In this document: in pieces, positions 25,108 through 39,437 of the stretch
Layout: every line of letters starts with the position of its first letter
Numbering within the stretch: position 1 is the first letter of the stretch
Source: Octopus sinensis
Taxonomy: Eukaryota
Direction of reading: 5' to 3'
Assembly: GCF_006345805.1 (NCBI RefSeq)
Contig: NC_043007.1
Location: 26,102,001-26,166,000, forward strand
Length of the DNA: 64,000 bases
Translations under genes and position numbers: made by a program
Notes under the pieces: generated by a model
Seen by the model: the letters and a program-made list of their open reading frames with translations, nothing else
Told to the model about the DNA's origin: nothing
Databases searched by the model: none

Positions 25108-28100
25108 TATATATATATTTGTTTTGATTAGACTACAGTAGTAATTGAAAGCGCTTAAATATGTAATTAAATATGTGATTTGAAGAAATAATATGTGATA
25201 TGTAAATAAATATATATATCGTATTTAGGAATGGTCATTTTGCCCGTTTAGCCAATAAAAACACACGCACTATATATAGTGCATGTGTTTTTTATTGGCT
25301 AAACTGGCCAACATGACCGTTCCTAAATACAACAAAATCTGTTTCAACACACGATTTCACATCAAAAATCTTGCAAAGCAAATATATAAACGTAAATATA
25401 TATATTTTTTTATATACAACCATCCAGCATTCTGAACGCCTTTTTCTTTCATATGTATTAAATCTGTACCTCACCCCCAATGCTTCTAATATATACACTT
25501 ATACAAAATAGTGTGTGTTATATCATTTGTCTTTTTCGTTTGTATTTTTCAGGATGTCGATAATGACGCTGAATGTTCTCCTGAAAAATACTTTGAATAT
25601 GCTGTGTCAGTTGGAGCCAGTAAAGAAATTCTGGAAATTTTGTTTGATACTAATCAGAATGAAACTAGAGATGAGCAGGTGAATTAATTTGGACCATTTT
25701 AATTTTCATATTATTTATAACAAAAGAGAATTAAGATATCATTTTGACAGATGTACAGAGGTTGGACAAAATAATGGAAACACCTAACATCATAGCATCA
25801 TAATTTTGAAATATCTTTAAAACTGTCAAAGGCTTGTTTACTTTTATATTTTTTGATTTATTATTAGTGTTGCTTAATGTGTTTTGCTAAAATTGCTGTT
25901 TGTTTTCAGATATCATCAGAAAAAGGTAATTAAAACTCATTAAAACAACAGATCTGTTGGACTTTCAAAGAGGTCAAATTGTTGGTGCTCGTATGGCAGG
26001 CACTTGTGTAACAAAAACAGCCGATATGTTTGGTGTATCAAGAAGTACTCTCTTGAAAGTAATGACAGCCTTTGAGAAAGAGGGAAAAATTTTCTTGTCG
26101 AAACAAAACTCTGGAAGAAAACCAAAACTTTCAGTTAGGGTGGTTTGACTCTACGCGAATTGTTAGAATGGATTACAAAAATACAGCTCCCAAAATTATA
26201 GCAGAGCTTAATGACCACCTCAAGAACCCAGTTTCCACAAAAACTGTTCGTCAGGAGCTGCCCAAATCCAGATTTCATGGGAGGGCTGCAATCAGAAAAC
26301 TACTACTTTCAAAAACAAATGTTGCAAAGCTTTTAGAGTGAAGTAAAAACCTACAGAATTGGTCCCTAGAGCAGTGGAAGAATGTTATTTTCGTGGACGA
26401 GTCCTCCTTTACCTTATTTCCGACTACCAGCCAAAAGAAACATTTGACCCAGACTGCCTTCTTCCATGTTAAACATGGAGGAGGATCTGTGATGATCTGG
26501 GGGGCTATATCTTGGAAATCCACCGGCCAAATGGTTTCCCCTCATGGCAGAATTAATAGTCAAGACTATTCAAACATTTTATCTGATCAAATTCATCCCA
26601 TGGTTGCAGAACTGTTTCCGGAGGAAAACGCAATCTTTCAGGATGATAATTGCTCAATTCACACAGCTAAATGTTACTGAATGACATGAGGAACATTCTA
26701 GTGAATTTGAACATCTTATCTAGCCACCACAGTCCCCAGATCTCCATATTATTGAACATTTATGGTGCATTTTAAAAAAACAAGTAAGGAGTCGATATCC
26801 TCCACCATCATCACGACAGGAACATGAGACTGTTTTAGCTGAAGAATGGACAAAAATTCCTTTGGAAACAATTCAAACTTTGTACGAGTCCATACCTCGT
26901 AAGAATTCATGCTGTAATTACTGCCAAAGATGGTCCTACCCCATATTAAAGTAAATTTGTTAGAAATTTTAAGGTGTTTCCACTATTTTGTCCAATCCCT
27001 GTATATGTGGAATGATAATAGTGCACCTGCTCCCACTAATATTGCATATCCAGCAGAGCATCTTTGCGTCATTTCTTTTCAGTTATCTCAATAGAAGAAT
27101 GGATTTATTTGCATCACACTCTTGGTATTTTTTTCTACATTGCATAATTTTTTCTTGTTGGTTCTTTGAAACTCACTGCATTTAAATATGTTAACATTAT
27201 CTTCATCATCATTATCATTTTAATGTCCATTGTCCATGCTAGCATAGCTTGGACGGTTTGACCAAGGCTGGCAAGCTGGAAGGCCGTATCACTCTCTAGT
27301 CTGAATTGGCATGGTTTCTATGGCTAGATGCCCCTCCTAACGCCAACCTCTCCGAGAGTGTAATGGGTACTCTTAATTGCTACCATCGCGGCTGCCATTT
27401 GTGCGACACCAGTATCTGCCATGACTACAATTTCACTTGGCTTGATGGATCTTCTCAAGCATGTCATAATGCCAAAGGTCTCAGTCGTTTGTCATTACCC
27501 CTGTGAGGCCCAACATGTGCCACCTTTCCTCCGTGAGGCCCAACACTCAAAAGGTGCTTTTTGTGTGCCACCAGCATGGGTGCCAGTTACGTGACACCAG
27601 CATCATTCATGATTACGATTTCACTTTGCTTGTCAGGTCTTCTCAAGTATGGTATGTCTCCAGAGATTGCGGTCAGTAACCATTGCCCCCATGGGGCTCA
27701 GTTTGCAAAGATCATGCTTAACCTCCTCGTCACATGTCTTCCTTGGTCTCCCTCTACCACAGATTCCCTCTACAGTTACAGATCGGCACTTCTTTACACA
27801 GCTGTCCTTATCCATATGCATCACATGACCATACCAGCACAGTCATCTCTCTTGCACACCTAACGTTAATTTAATGAATGTCATATGTTGATTAATTGAT
27901 GAAGGACTTGTCTGATTTTTTTTTCTTTTGTCTTTAATTCATCCTTCCAGATTGCAACAGTTTATCAATTCATTCATCAAGCCATCATTAAAGGTCACCG
28001 TAAGTTATCTGGTAAATTGATCGAGGAAGCAGAGAAAGCTGGTGGTCATGGCTACAATTATCTTCATAAAGAGGTAATAACAATATTTGCTTTACATCTA

Positions 28101-30171
28101 TACTTGTATATCATTGGGTGGGGTTTTGTTGAAAAAGAAACAAAACAGCAATGAATGAATCATCTCTGACTATTTTCTAAATGAAATGAACAAACTCATA
28201 GTCCATGGCAGTGAAGCTATGACTTCATTTTCCTGATCATCACTTTCTTTTTCTGTAGAAAATACACTCATCTAATATCATTGGTAAGGATTAGGTGCCT
28301 TTGTATTCTGTTAACTAGTATCTATCTTGATGGGTATAAATTTGTTGAACCATATAAAAAATACGCAGCCTCATAGCCGTGTAAACACAAACATTAATTA
28401 GTGCTATCGTTAAGTTAATTTCTCTTTTGGCACCTGGCATGTCTACCGCTTTTAATGAATCAAAACCTGTCTGTAATCTTCCTTTTAATTTCTTCCTAAT
28501 TTTCTTCTTACTTTTGGAAAACTGTCATGGAAATATCATCATTCTCTTTGAAGGTGTTGCTTTTTGAGAAAGAAGACCTGAGAACGAACATTTTACCTGC
28601 TTCAGTTACAAAGAAGCCATTTTATTCCAAAGTAAGTCAGTTTTTATTTTAATTTTCAGCAAACATTTTATCATTGTTTAATTAATAAAATTGTCTATAT
28701 TCGCCGCCACTAAGGTCAGTTCCATTTCAGCCACAGCACCATGGATATAGCAATTTGTGTAAAGGCTTTGTTCTTCAAATTTTTCAATATAAGAAGTTTT
28801 ACTTGGTGTAGTTTCCAAACACAGCAACAGTGTCCAAGGAAACTAGTTGTGACTTGCATTAGCAAAAATTATTTATTGAGTTTTGATTGAATTTCTGAGA
28901 TGAAATCATATATGGAAATATTTCAACTAGTGTCCTCTTCTTAGCTCTTACAGTTTTGGCTATTGTTCCCTCCAGCCTTCTTCAGCTGCCTGTCATATTC
29001 AGTAATGCTTTAGGAATTTGAGCTGACTCCTTTATTAAATCCAGTGTGTAGATTGTTCTTATTGTGGCTATTATACTCTCCAGCCTTCTTCAGCTGCCTG
29101 TCATTTTCAGTAATGCTTTAGGAATTTGAGCTGACTCCTTTATTAAATCCAGTGTGTAGATTGTTCTTATTGCAGCTATTATACTCTCCAGCTTTCTTCA
29201 GCTGCCTGACATAATTAGTAATGCTTTTGGAATTTGAGCTGCACCCTTTATTAAATCCACTGTGTAGATTGTTCTTACTGTGGCTAGTTTGTTGAGCTTG
29301 AACCGGAATGTTAGTATGTGTGTGTATCATCTTCATCATCATCATTTAATGTCCGCTTTCCATGCTGGCATGAGTTTAATGGGTTGACTGGAGCTGGTAA
29401 GTCAGAGAGCTGCACCAAGTTTCAGTCTGAATTTGGCTTGGTTTCTATGGCTGGATGCCCTTCCTAACGCCAATATATAAAGTCAATTTGACGTCGAGTG
29501 TTCCATTTGATCTGATCAGAGAATAGCCTGCTCATGAAATTAATGTGCTACTGGCTGAGTACTCCACAGATACATGTACTCTTAACGTAATTCTCAGTGA
29601 GATTAGCAGGACACAGTGTGACAGGGCTGGCCCTTTGAAATACAGGCATTATGCATGTTACCTGCTTAGTGGACTGGAGCAACACAAAGTAAATTGTCTT
29701 GTTCAAGGACACAAGGAGCCACTAGGTATTGAATTCAGGACCTTATGATCGTGAGTCAAATACCCTGACCACTAAGCCATGTCCCTTCACACACACACAC
29801 ACACTTAGCATCCATATTCCATGCTGGGCAGTTTGACAGAATCTGATGGGCCCAAGGACTCCACTGTGCTTCAGTTCCTGCTTTGGCATGGTTTCTTCTT
29901 CTGGATGCCCTTTCTAACACTAACCGCTTTAAAAGCATGTGCAGGGTACAATATTTATTTGTGTCACCTGCATTAGTGAGATTGCCTTGCACCTCACAAG
30001 ACTATGAAACCTGTAAGTTTATGGTGGGAGATGTGGAGATGAGAGGTTGAAGTATGAGAGAAGGGATATATATATATATATATATATAATAATAATACGA
30101 GGTAATATTATTCCAAACTTAACAGGGAAAAATTCAATTTAGAAATACTAAATCAAATTTCACAAAATATA

Positions 30172-30206
<35 letters not shown>

Positions 30207-33200
30207 AATTAGAAAAAAAACCCACCTTTTATCAATTCAATAATGAAATATTAAATTATACCATTTAGCCACGAAACACGTGTCGTTATTCTACCAAATA
30301 TGTACGTTTTATTTACTATTTTGCACATTACTTAATCATTGTTATATGTTTTATCTTATATTTAATCTTTCTATAAATATGTAATTTTTCTAAATGGTAT
30401 AATTTAATTTTTCATTATTGAATTGATAAAAGGTGGGTTTTTTTTCCTAATTTATATATATATATATATATAGTTTGGCTTGAACTTGAGTCTACTAGCT
30501 ATAAACTTATTAAACTTAACCCTTGGTCAAACACTTAAATACACTTTACAATTGTCCTGTAAGACAATTAGGTTGTAACAATTTGAAGCTCTTTTTTTTT
30601 TTTTTTTGAAGTTCCTAGGTTTAATGGGTTTTTTTTTTTTTTAATGAAAAACTTGCATGTAGCATTCATTTCAATACTAGACCAACTAATGAGATCAATT
30701 AAATCGCTGCATATGCTTTGATCCTTTTAACTAAGTTATCTTCTGATGCTGCTCCTTATTTATTATCCTGAGTTTGTTTCACTTCTTTTATGTTTCCTCC
30801 AGAAATGATTAGCCATGTTATGATTAAACCTATTAAATTTCCACAGCCTAATTATCCTACGCGACACTGAATATAAGTGGTGGTTGTCACTGTTTTCTTT
30901 TGATTTATTATTTCAGATCACTCCAATCCATTGTGCTGCTATAAACCCCAATGTAAAATATTTGCAAACTCTATTGAATGTTCAACCAGAAGTAAATGTT
31001 GTTGACAAGTGGCAACGTCGGCCAGTACATTATGCAGCTGCTTGCACATCCACTGCTACACTTGAATACCTGTTGGAGAAGTAAGGCTTCTTTTCTTTTG
31101 TGTATTGTGTTCTGATAGTCTTGTGCAGTTAATCTTGTGTAAGGTACACTTAGAGAATCATTCCTAAGTCAGACTCTGAGGGACTGTGTAAATCATGTTT
31201 AAGGCACTATGTGAATCCTTGTATAAGCACATGGATCCTGTTTAAGGTCTTTGACCCTTTTTTTTACCATATTTTTGTTAACATATGCTGCCTTCGTTTC
31301 AATTAATTTTAAAGTAATGAAGAATTTGGTAAAATAGCTTTCTAATTATTAGGCTGGGATCTAGAACAATTTAATATAAAATTTTGATGGATGATTATTA
31401 TTTAGACCACTTTAAAATAGTAAGTTTATACCATAGAACCTGGGGTGGTCTCTGACAGGTTGGTATCAAAAGATTTAAGGCATGACCTGGATATTGAAAG
31501 GATGATGTTGAGATGTTGATAGGAAATGTTAATGGTGGCTTTAAAAAAGGAATTATTAAAATTAGATTTTAAGTAAAATAGATTCTTTAGATTATTTCTG
31601 ATAAGTTTCAGTTTGTCCCTAATTTTATTGAAATTAGATCTAATTTTTGGATATTTGTATAGAAAATAATTACAGCGCAGAAAACATAACTATTCAAAAA
31701 CACATGAAGACTGTTAACTTCACTTTTGTATATTTATTATTTGGTATCAAAATTTTCTTTGCACCAACTGCAACTTAGTCACTGATGCAATCCCACTGCC
31801 CCAAATGATAAATGTTCAAGTGAAGTTAACAAATTTTGTGTTTTTGGATGGCTAAAGTGTGTCTTCATGCTGTTTTTGTTTTAGTTTCAACACATGATCT
31901 CAGATCAAATTACTTACCTGGCAAGTATGAAAGAATATTTTTTCAATTAAAAAGCTTTAAACCATCTCTGAAATCAGTTAAGGGTTTCCCCTTAAATTAA
32001 TGGGTTTTCCGACTTCCATCATAAGGTTTTTCAGACTTCCATCATTGCTCCTTCTTATCACTATGAAATTTTCCTGAGTACCCTTCAGATTTATCCTGTT
32101 AAAATAATGTTATGAAGAATAGTGGTTTGCATGACTTAATTAAGAAAATGACTTTTATAAATTCAAAGCAAGAATAATTAAATCATGTATTTATTATAAA
32201 CCCAGTTGCAGGTTTTTAATAAAATGATCAAAATCATTGGTGGGAGTGATACTAGCTTGTTAGAATTTCAGACACTGTGTATGTACAGTGCCTCAAATTC
32301 TTGCAAGTTTGCACCACTCCCACAGGATACATGTATATGTATATTTTTTGTCATTAATTACCCAATTGTTCAGTGTAATGAATGGGTTAAATGAAGTAAT
32401 TCTAGTTTCCCGAGTGTCATCTAGAAAGAACGTTTGGATACTAGCTTTGGTTACATCGATACAGTAACCCCTATGTAGTTATTCAATCAGTTAGAAATAG
32501 TAACCAAATTTTCACATGTCATTTGAAGGAGACTTGGCTACTGTTGTAGCATTATAAAAAGGTCTCATTGGTTAATGTAATTCAGAGTACTTTATGTCTG
32601 GGACAGGAAGAAGTGGGCGGCCATGGTTGTAATATCTTTACTCATAGGTTTAGTCAGAATTGACCCAGAGTTAACCCTTTTGTTACCACATTTCTTTAGA
32701 GATGCTCTGTGTTTCTTTCAATCAGTTTTAAATATAACAAAGAATTTTAATAAAATAGCTTAGTTATCATTAAGCTAGTGTTAGGAACATAAATTGTGAC
32801 TAAGGTTTGGTGGAAGATTTTAATTCAGAACTTTTGAAAACAAGACTACAGAGCCAGAGGTGGTTTCAGGTGGGTTGGTATCAAAAGGGTTAAACACCAA
32901 CAACAACCAACAAATGCTTTCATTATATGTATTATAGTTTTTCTACATCAGTGTTTCTCAACTAGGGTCCATATGATCCTTAGGGGTCCATATAAGATTT
33001 CGTTGTTAAAATTTATGTGCAATTAACTGGTTATACTTCTACACTACACAAAATATTTTAACAATTTTTTTTAGACAACTCCTAATAATATTTAATTATA
33101 AAAACATAAATGGGATTTTTTAAAGATGGATTGGTTATGAGAATCCAGAAGAGTAGGAATCAAAAAGATCCACAGCTAAAATATGGTTGAGAACTACTCT

Positions 33201-36200
33201 CCTATGCTGTTAATTTAAATTCTTCTATCAGTCTACCTCATTTGATATCATCTCATCTTTTTTTCCTTAGGGGTGCCAATCCTTTGGAATTGGACAGTTC
33301 TGGTATGTGTGCCATTCATTATGCTGCTCAGGCTGGACGTGCCCATAATGTTGAAGTGCTGCTGAAAAAAGCAAAGAGCAGTAAGTTGAGACATACATGT
33401 TTATGCACATTCTCATATACACGCATACTTACACCTATTTATCTGTCAATGATAATGATGGTGTGTGTGTGTGTATGTGTTTGATTTTATCCAAAGTTGA
33501 GTCTTTTCTTAATCTTTATACAGAGTTTTTATTAACTACTGCAAAAAATGCTAATATTAATGTGATGTACAGAAGCTTAAGTGCAGAATAAATGCTCAAA
33601 CTGTTCTATATATACATCATGAACTTTTCCCTTTTTCCTGTAAATTCAAAAGTATACAATTATATGTGTGTTGGTCACTGTCTGTCTGTCTGTCTGTTTC
33701 TCTCTTATACATGCATTTACATTCATACTCACCTTGCCCTCACTGTGTTGCAACTTCTTCAACTCTTGGCCGAAGCTGGTTTGTGAGTGGATTTTGTACA
33801 CAGGAGCCGAAAGAAGCCTACGATATATATATGTGTGTGTATATATACATCATCATCATCATCGTTTAACGTCCGCTTTCCATGCTAGCATGGGTTGGAC
33901 GGTTCAACTGGGGTCTGGGAAGCCCGAAGGCTGCGCCAGGCCCAGTCTGATCTGGCAGTGTTTCTACAGCTGGATGCCCTTCCTAACGCCAACCACTTCG
34001 TGAGTGTAGTGGGTACTTTTTATGTGCCACTGACACAGGTGCCAGACGAGGCTGGCGAACGGCCACACTCGGATGGTGTTTTTTACGTGCCACCAGCACG
34101 GGGATAAATTATGGGATAAATTATCCAGAGAGGTACTATAAGAGCTCTCAAGTATAGTCCAGGTTCCACCTTACTGCATTAAGTTGTAAGAACCACCAAG
34201 GATTGCTTGGGGTTAGCAGTCCCACTATAATTCTTCTGGTGGGTGCTTGCTTCACTGGATTATGAACATTTTCGGAAGTGTAAATGCAAAGCAGTTACAA
34301 AGAATGCGGAGACTGGTACACCTTCAAATTTTTCATTGTTAATTATACAGCATAATTAACTGTCAGAACTAAAAGAAACATTTGAAGATGTACGAGTTTC
34401 CATTTTGTTAGTAATTGTTTTGGTTATATATATAGGAAAGGAAAAGAAAGACCCCTTTCGGTTACGAATGACTGTAGGATTACACCTAGAAAGTTCCCCT
34501 TTTAGACACAAGTCCAGGCAAGGTTGTTTATGGAAGACCAGCTGTCGGCCATGCATACCAGCCCCCCTTCTCCATGCCACTGATGTCAAGGGAAGGGCAA
34601 AGACCGATACAGCTTGACATGTGGCAATCTATTTTTACAGATGTGTGAATTGGAGCAATGTGAAATAAAGTGTCTTGTTCAAGGACACAACACAGCCTGG
34701 TCTAGGAATTGAACTCACAACCTCCGAGTCATAAGCTCAATGCTCTAACCATTAAGCTATGCAACTCTTATGGTTATATATATATAGATAGGACTGCGGA
34801 CTCGCGGTCGGAGGATTGCGTTTTCGGACCCCCAGACTGGGCGTTGTGTGTATTTATTGAGCAAAAACACCTAAAGCTCCTGGAGGCTCCAGCAGGGGGT
34901 GGTGGCGACTCCTGTTGTACTCTCTCACCTCATCTTTCTCTCACTCTTTCTTCCTGTTTCTTGAGTAACACTGCAATGGACTGGCACCCTGTCCAGCTGA
35001 GGGGAACACATATGCCATAGAAACTGGGAAACTGGGCCCATGAATCTGGCTAGGCTTGAAAGGGGCGCATAAAATAAAAAAAAAAAAAGGCAGTCACATT
35101 GTGTTCGTATAGTTATTGACTTGTTTAGTATGTGTTTTATTATGTTTTTAATCTTTTTCTCTCTGCTACTTCTAGATATTGACCTCGACACATTTTCACA
35201 TAAATATGGACCTGGTGCATTGAATCGACCCAACCGATTTGGACAGTGTCCTTTCCATTTTGCCATCATGGAGGGCTATACAGTAAGTGGATGTTAATTA
35301 TGTCATTGCATACATGCTAGGTTGTTGTTGCTGTTTTCATTGTTATTGTTCTATAACCCCAGGTCAGCTCCAGTCGAGCAAGTACATGGCATCCATGTAG
35401 TCTGCTAAAAGATCCATAGATCTGTTGTTCCAGATGTACTGTGCCTTTGCCTAGCTGTAGACCATACCACATACTATCCATTCCCTCTCTCTCTCTTTCG
35501 GAGAGGCACAAGCACCTACACGCACATATACACACACGGCAGTAACTTCTGCCTACCGAATTCAATCACAAAGCTTTGGTCGGCTCGGGGCTATAGTAGA
35601 AGACACCAGCCCAAAGTGACACGCAGTGGGACTGAACCTGAAACCATGTAGCTTGGAAGCAAGCTCACGTTTGGAATTTGACCCTATCATGCCATAGTGG
35701 GAATAACCTAATTGTAATCTCTACCAGATTCTCATTAACCCTGTAGCATTTGAACCGGCCATATCTGGCCCGCATATGCTACTTGTTTTGTGTTCCGATC
35801 AGCCAAATCCAACCTATCGTGCCTAATCCTCAATGCCATTATGTGCTGGTGGTACATAAAAAGCACCATCCGATCGTGACTGTTTGCCAGCCTCGTCTGG
35901 CATCTGTGCAGGTGGCACGTAAAAAGCACCCACTACACTCACGGAGTGGTTGGCGTTAGGAAGGGCATCCAGCTGTAGAAACATTGCCAGATCAGACTGG
36001 GCATGGTGCAGCCTTCTGGCTTCCCAGACCCCAGTTGAACTGTCCAACCCATGCTAGCATGGAAAACGGACATTAAACGATGATGATGATGCCATCATCA
36101 AAATTTCAAAGCTATGAGATAATTAAAAACAGTGTAAAAGAAAACACATTACATTTGACAGAATAATTTGAATGCTATAGGGTTAAAGCAGTAATAAACA

Positions 36201-39200
36201 GCACATTTAGAAAAAGAAGATAAAATACTAAAATGCAAAACGTTATATCCGCCATGTTGTAGCTCTGTAGTCAAGAGTGTTTATGACTTATTGCTAATGA
36301 TATCCCTCATAGCTGTTGTTTACTTTCATTTTTAATTGTAAAAACAAACTCTTTTGCAATGAATCGACCGTGTGATGAACCCAGCATCATCATCATCTGG
36401 TAAACGACTAAGGCCTAGACTCGTTACAGTTGAAGAAATTATTGATGATAGTTATTCTTTAAATGAGGTGAGCTAGAATTTCAACAAGTTTACCCTTACA
36501 CAGACAGCCATTCAGATAATCACGTTTGTGAACCTGACAAGGAAAGTAATGATTGAGGTGAACAAATACAGTGGTTGAGAGAAGAACTTATCACTGTTAT
36601 TCTCTTGAATTATTTTGCGATTCTGTCTGTTAGTTTGCCTGCAGTCATTACTCTTGAGCTGTGTTTACAACTATTTATGTTTTTCTTGCTCAGAAGACCA
36701 GGTGTAGGATAAAATTAGACACAAAGGCTCAAGTCTGAGAAGGTTAAACCCTGCCAAGATCAGTTTCTCCTTACATCTTTTTGGGGCCAATAAAATGAAG
36801 TACCAGTGAAGTACTGGGTTTAATGGAATCAATTAAACCCTCTCCTCAGAATTGCTGGCATTTTGTTCCAAGGCCAAATTCCACTGAAGTCAACTTAGAC
36901 TTTCATCTTTTTGAGGTCAATAAAATAAGTACCAGCTGAGCACTGGGGTTTATGTCATCAACTTGCCCAACCCCTAAAATTACTGGCCTTGTACCAAAAT
37001 TTAACCCTTTTGATACCAACCCGCCTGAAACCACCTCTGGCTCTGTAGTACAAACGTCTTGGTTTCATAAGTTTTGAATTAAAATTTTCCACCAAACCTT
37101 AGTCACAATTTATGTTCCTAACACTATCTTAGTGATAACTAAGTTATTTTACTAACTTCTTTGTTATATTTAAAATTAATTAAAGGAAACAGAGCATCTC
37201 CGAATAAATACAGTAATGAAAGGGTTAAAACCATTATTTTTTATTAGTGAAAGAAGTTGAGTGGTGGACCAGATTGAAAAGGCTGAAGACAGACTTCTTT
37301 CCTCAGTAAATTTTTGAAGTTTCACTTGAAATGGAAGGTGAGGGTGGAGAATGAAATGCTTCCTTTCAGCAAATTTGTTGAAAGCTGGATGAAAGTGGCA
37401 AACATGGTCTGAGTGAAGGGCCCTACACTGAACATGTGCCTGTAGATTGAAAGTGAACATCAGAGAAAAGACATTTGCTCTAGTGGTCAGGGTAACTGTG
37501 GTTTTAAGGGGTTTCCACAAGTAACCCTTGAAAGCATCCCTTGTTTTGGGCAATTAATCATTGTTGAAATTTATTGTTATTCTTCAGTTTATGCGCTCTT
37601 TCATGTAATCCCACCTGATATCATCCTCTACTATCCTTAATCTTTTAGTAAACCTTTAGTGATTAATAAAGAAATCATAGTCATAAAGCGGTTCAAAGAA
37701 GGCTTTTATTCAAACTTTATATCTGCTCACTGTCTAATCTGTTAATCACTGCTGTCCAATGATTAAGGTGCATTCATCATCATCATCATCATCGTTCAAC
37801 GTTCGTTCTCCATGCTAGCATGGGTTGGACGGTTCGACCGGGGATCTGGGAAGCCAGAAGGCTGCACCAGGCTCCGGTCTTATCTGGCCACGTTTCTACA
37901 GCTGGATGCCCTTCCTAACGCCAATCACTCCAAGAGTGTAGTGGGTGCTTTTTACGTGCCACCTGCACTGGTGCCAAGCGAGGCTGGCATCGGCCACGGT
38001 CGGATTGGTGCATTTTATGGAAGCCAGTCGAGGCGGCACTGGCTTCAGCTACGATTTGGATGGTGCTTTTTATGTGCCACCGACACGGAAGCCAGTTGAG
38101 GCGGCGCTGGCATCGGCCACAATTCGGATGGTGCATTTTATGGAAGCCAGTCGAGGCGGCACTGGCTTCGGCTACGATTCGGATGGTGCTTTTTACGTGC
38201 CACCGACACGGAAGCCAGTCGAGGCGGTGCTGGCATCGGCCACAATTCGGATAGTGCTTTTTACGTACCTCCAGTCCCAGGGCCCTGGCATCTGCCGGGT
38301 GCTAGTCATAGGATTGGTTAAAAAAAAGTATCCATCTATCAGTGTCATTTACCATTGTTGCATTTTTGTACTCAATAGAAAATAAGATATCTATATTTTA
38401 TCTCTGAACGAGGTATAAACAGTAACTGCACAACAATGTGAGGTATACTTGCCATCTCAATATGGCTAAAGCCAGCTGGAGACGATGTTCTCCTAGGGCT
38501 ACAAGCTACAGTAACACCCACCCTTAGTGGTTAGCCATATTGAGATGGCAAGTATACCTCACATATATTTTATCTATTATTTAACTATTGTAGAAAGGAA
38601 TTAATGACAGGATATTATAATTCATAATATAATTCATAACTAAGGCGGCGAGCTGGCAGAAACGTTAGCACGCCGGGCGAAATGCTTAGCGGTATTTCGT
38701 CTGCGTTACGTTGTGAGTTCGAATTCCGCCGAGGTCGACTTTGCCTTTCATCCTTTCGGGGTCGATAAATTAAGTACCAGTTACGCACTGGGGTCGATGT
38801 AATCGACTTAATACCTATGTCTGTCCTTGTTTGTCCCCTCTGTGTTTAGCCCCTTGTGGGTAATAAAGAAATAGATATTATAATTCATAACACATATTAT
38901 TACTATTACGAAGGTTAAACTGGTGTCTCAAACAAAGAAATTTGTTGTCTGTTGTAGGAAGTTGTGAAAGTGATGTTGAAATACCAAGTTGAAGTGAACA
39001 AACCCATGAGTGCATCGAAGGACAAAATGAGTCCTTTGATGATTGCTGCTTGCAAAGGACATTTGGATATAGCAAAGCTTTTGGTAGCGAACAAAGCTGA
39101 TGTGGAACAAAAAGGTTAGTTGATGACTGTGTACCTATTAATCTAACATTTGAAGGTTTATTGATTCTATTTATTATTATTTTACTCTTTTATTTGTTTG

Positions 39201-39382
39201 TCATTTGACTGCGGCCATGCTAGAGCACCGCCTTTAGTCGAACAAATCGACCCCAGGACTTTGTAAGCTTAGTACTTATTCTATCGGTCACTTTTGCTGA
39301 ACCACTAAGTTACAAGGATGTAAACACACCAGCATCGGTTATCAAGTGATTGGGGGGGGGGGGGGCGGACAAACATATACTT

Positions 39383-39437
<55 letters not shown>

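Noticed and set aside
31688-31855. Old inverted repeat as a functional hairpin
   Set aside because: The arms are heavily diverged and no TSD is recognisable; most likely a decayed MITE.
36360-36475. Extra exon or piggyBac transposase N-terminus (SSSSGKRLRPRLVTVEEIIDDS, then GAG|GTGAGC)
   Set aside because: No good acceptor, exons 13 and 14 already join in phase, and it is too short to assign.
37945-38385. 146-aa ORF with internal repeats
   Set aside because: It is a translation of the family-B minisatellite; similar peptides recur wherever this repeat occurs.
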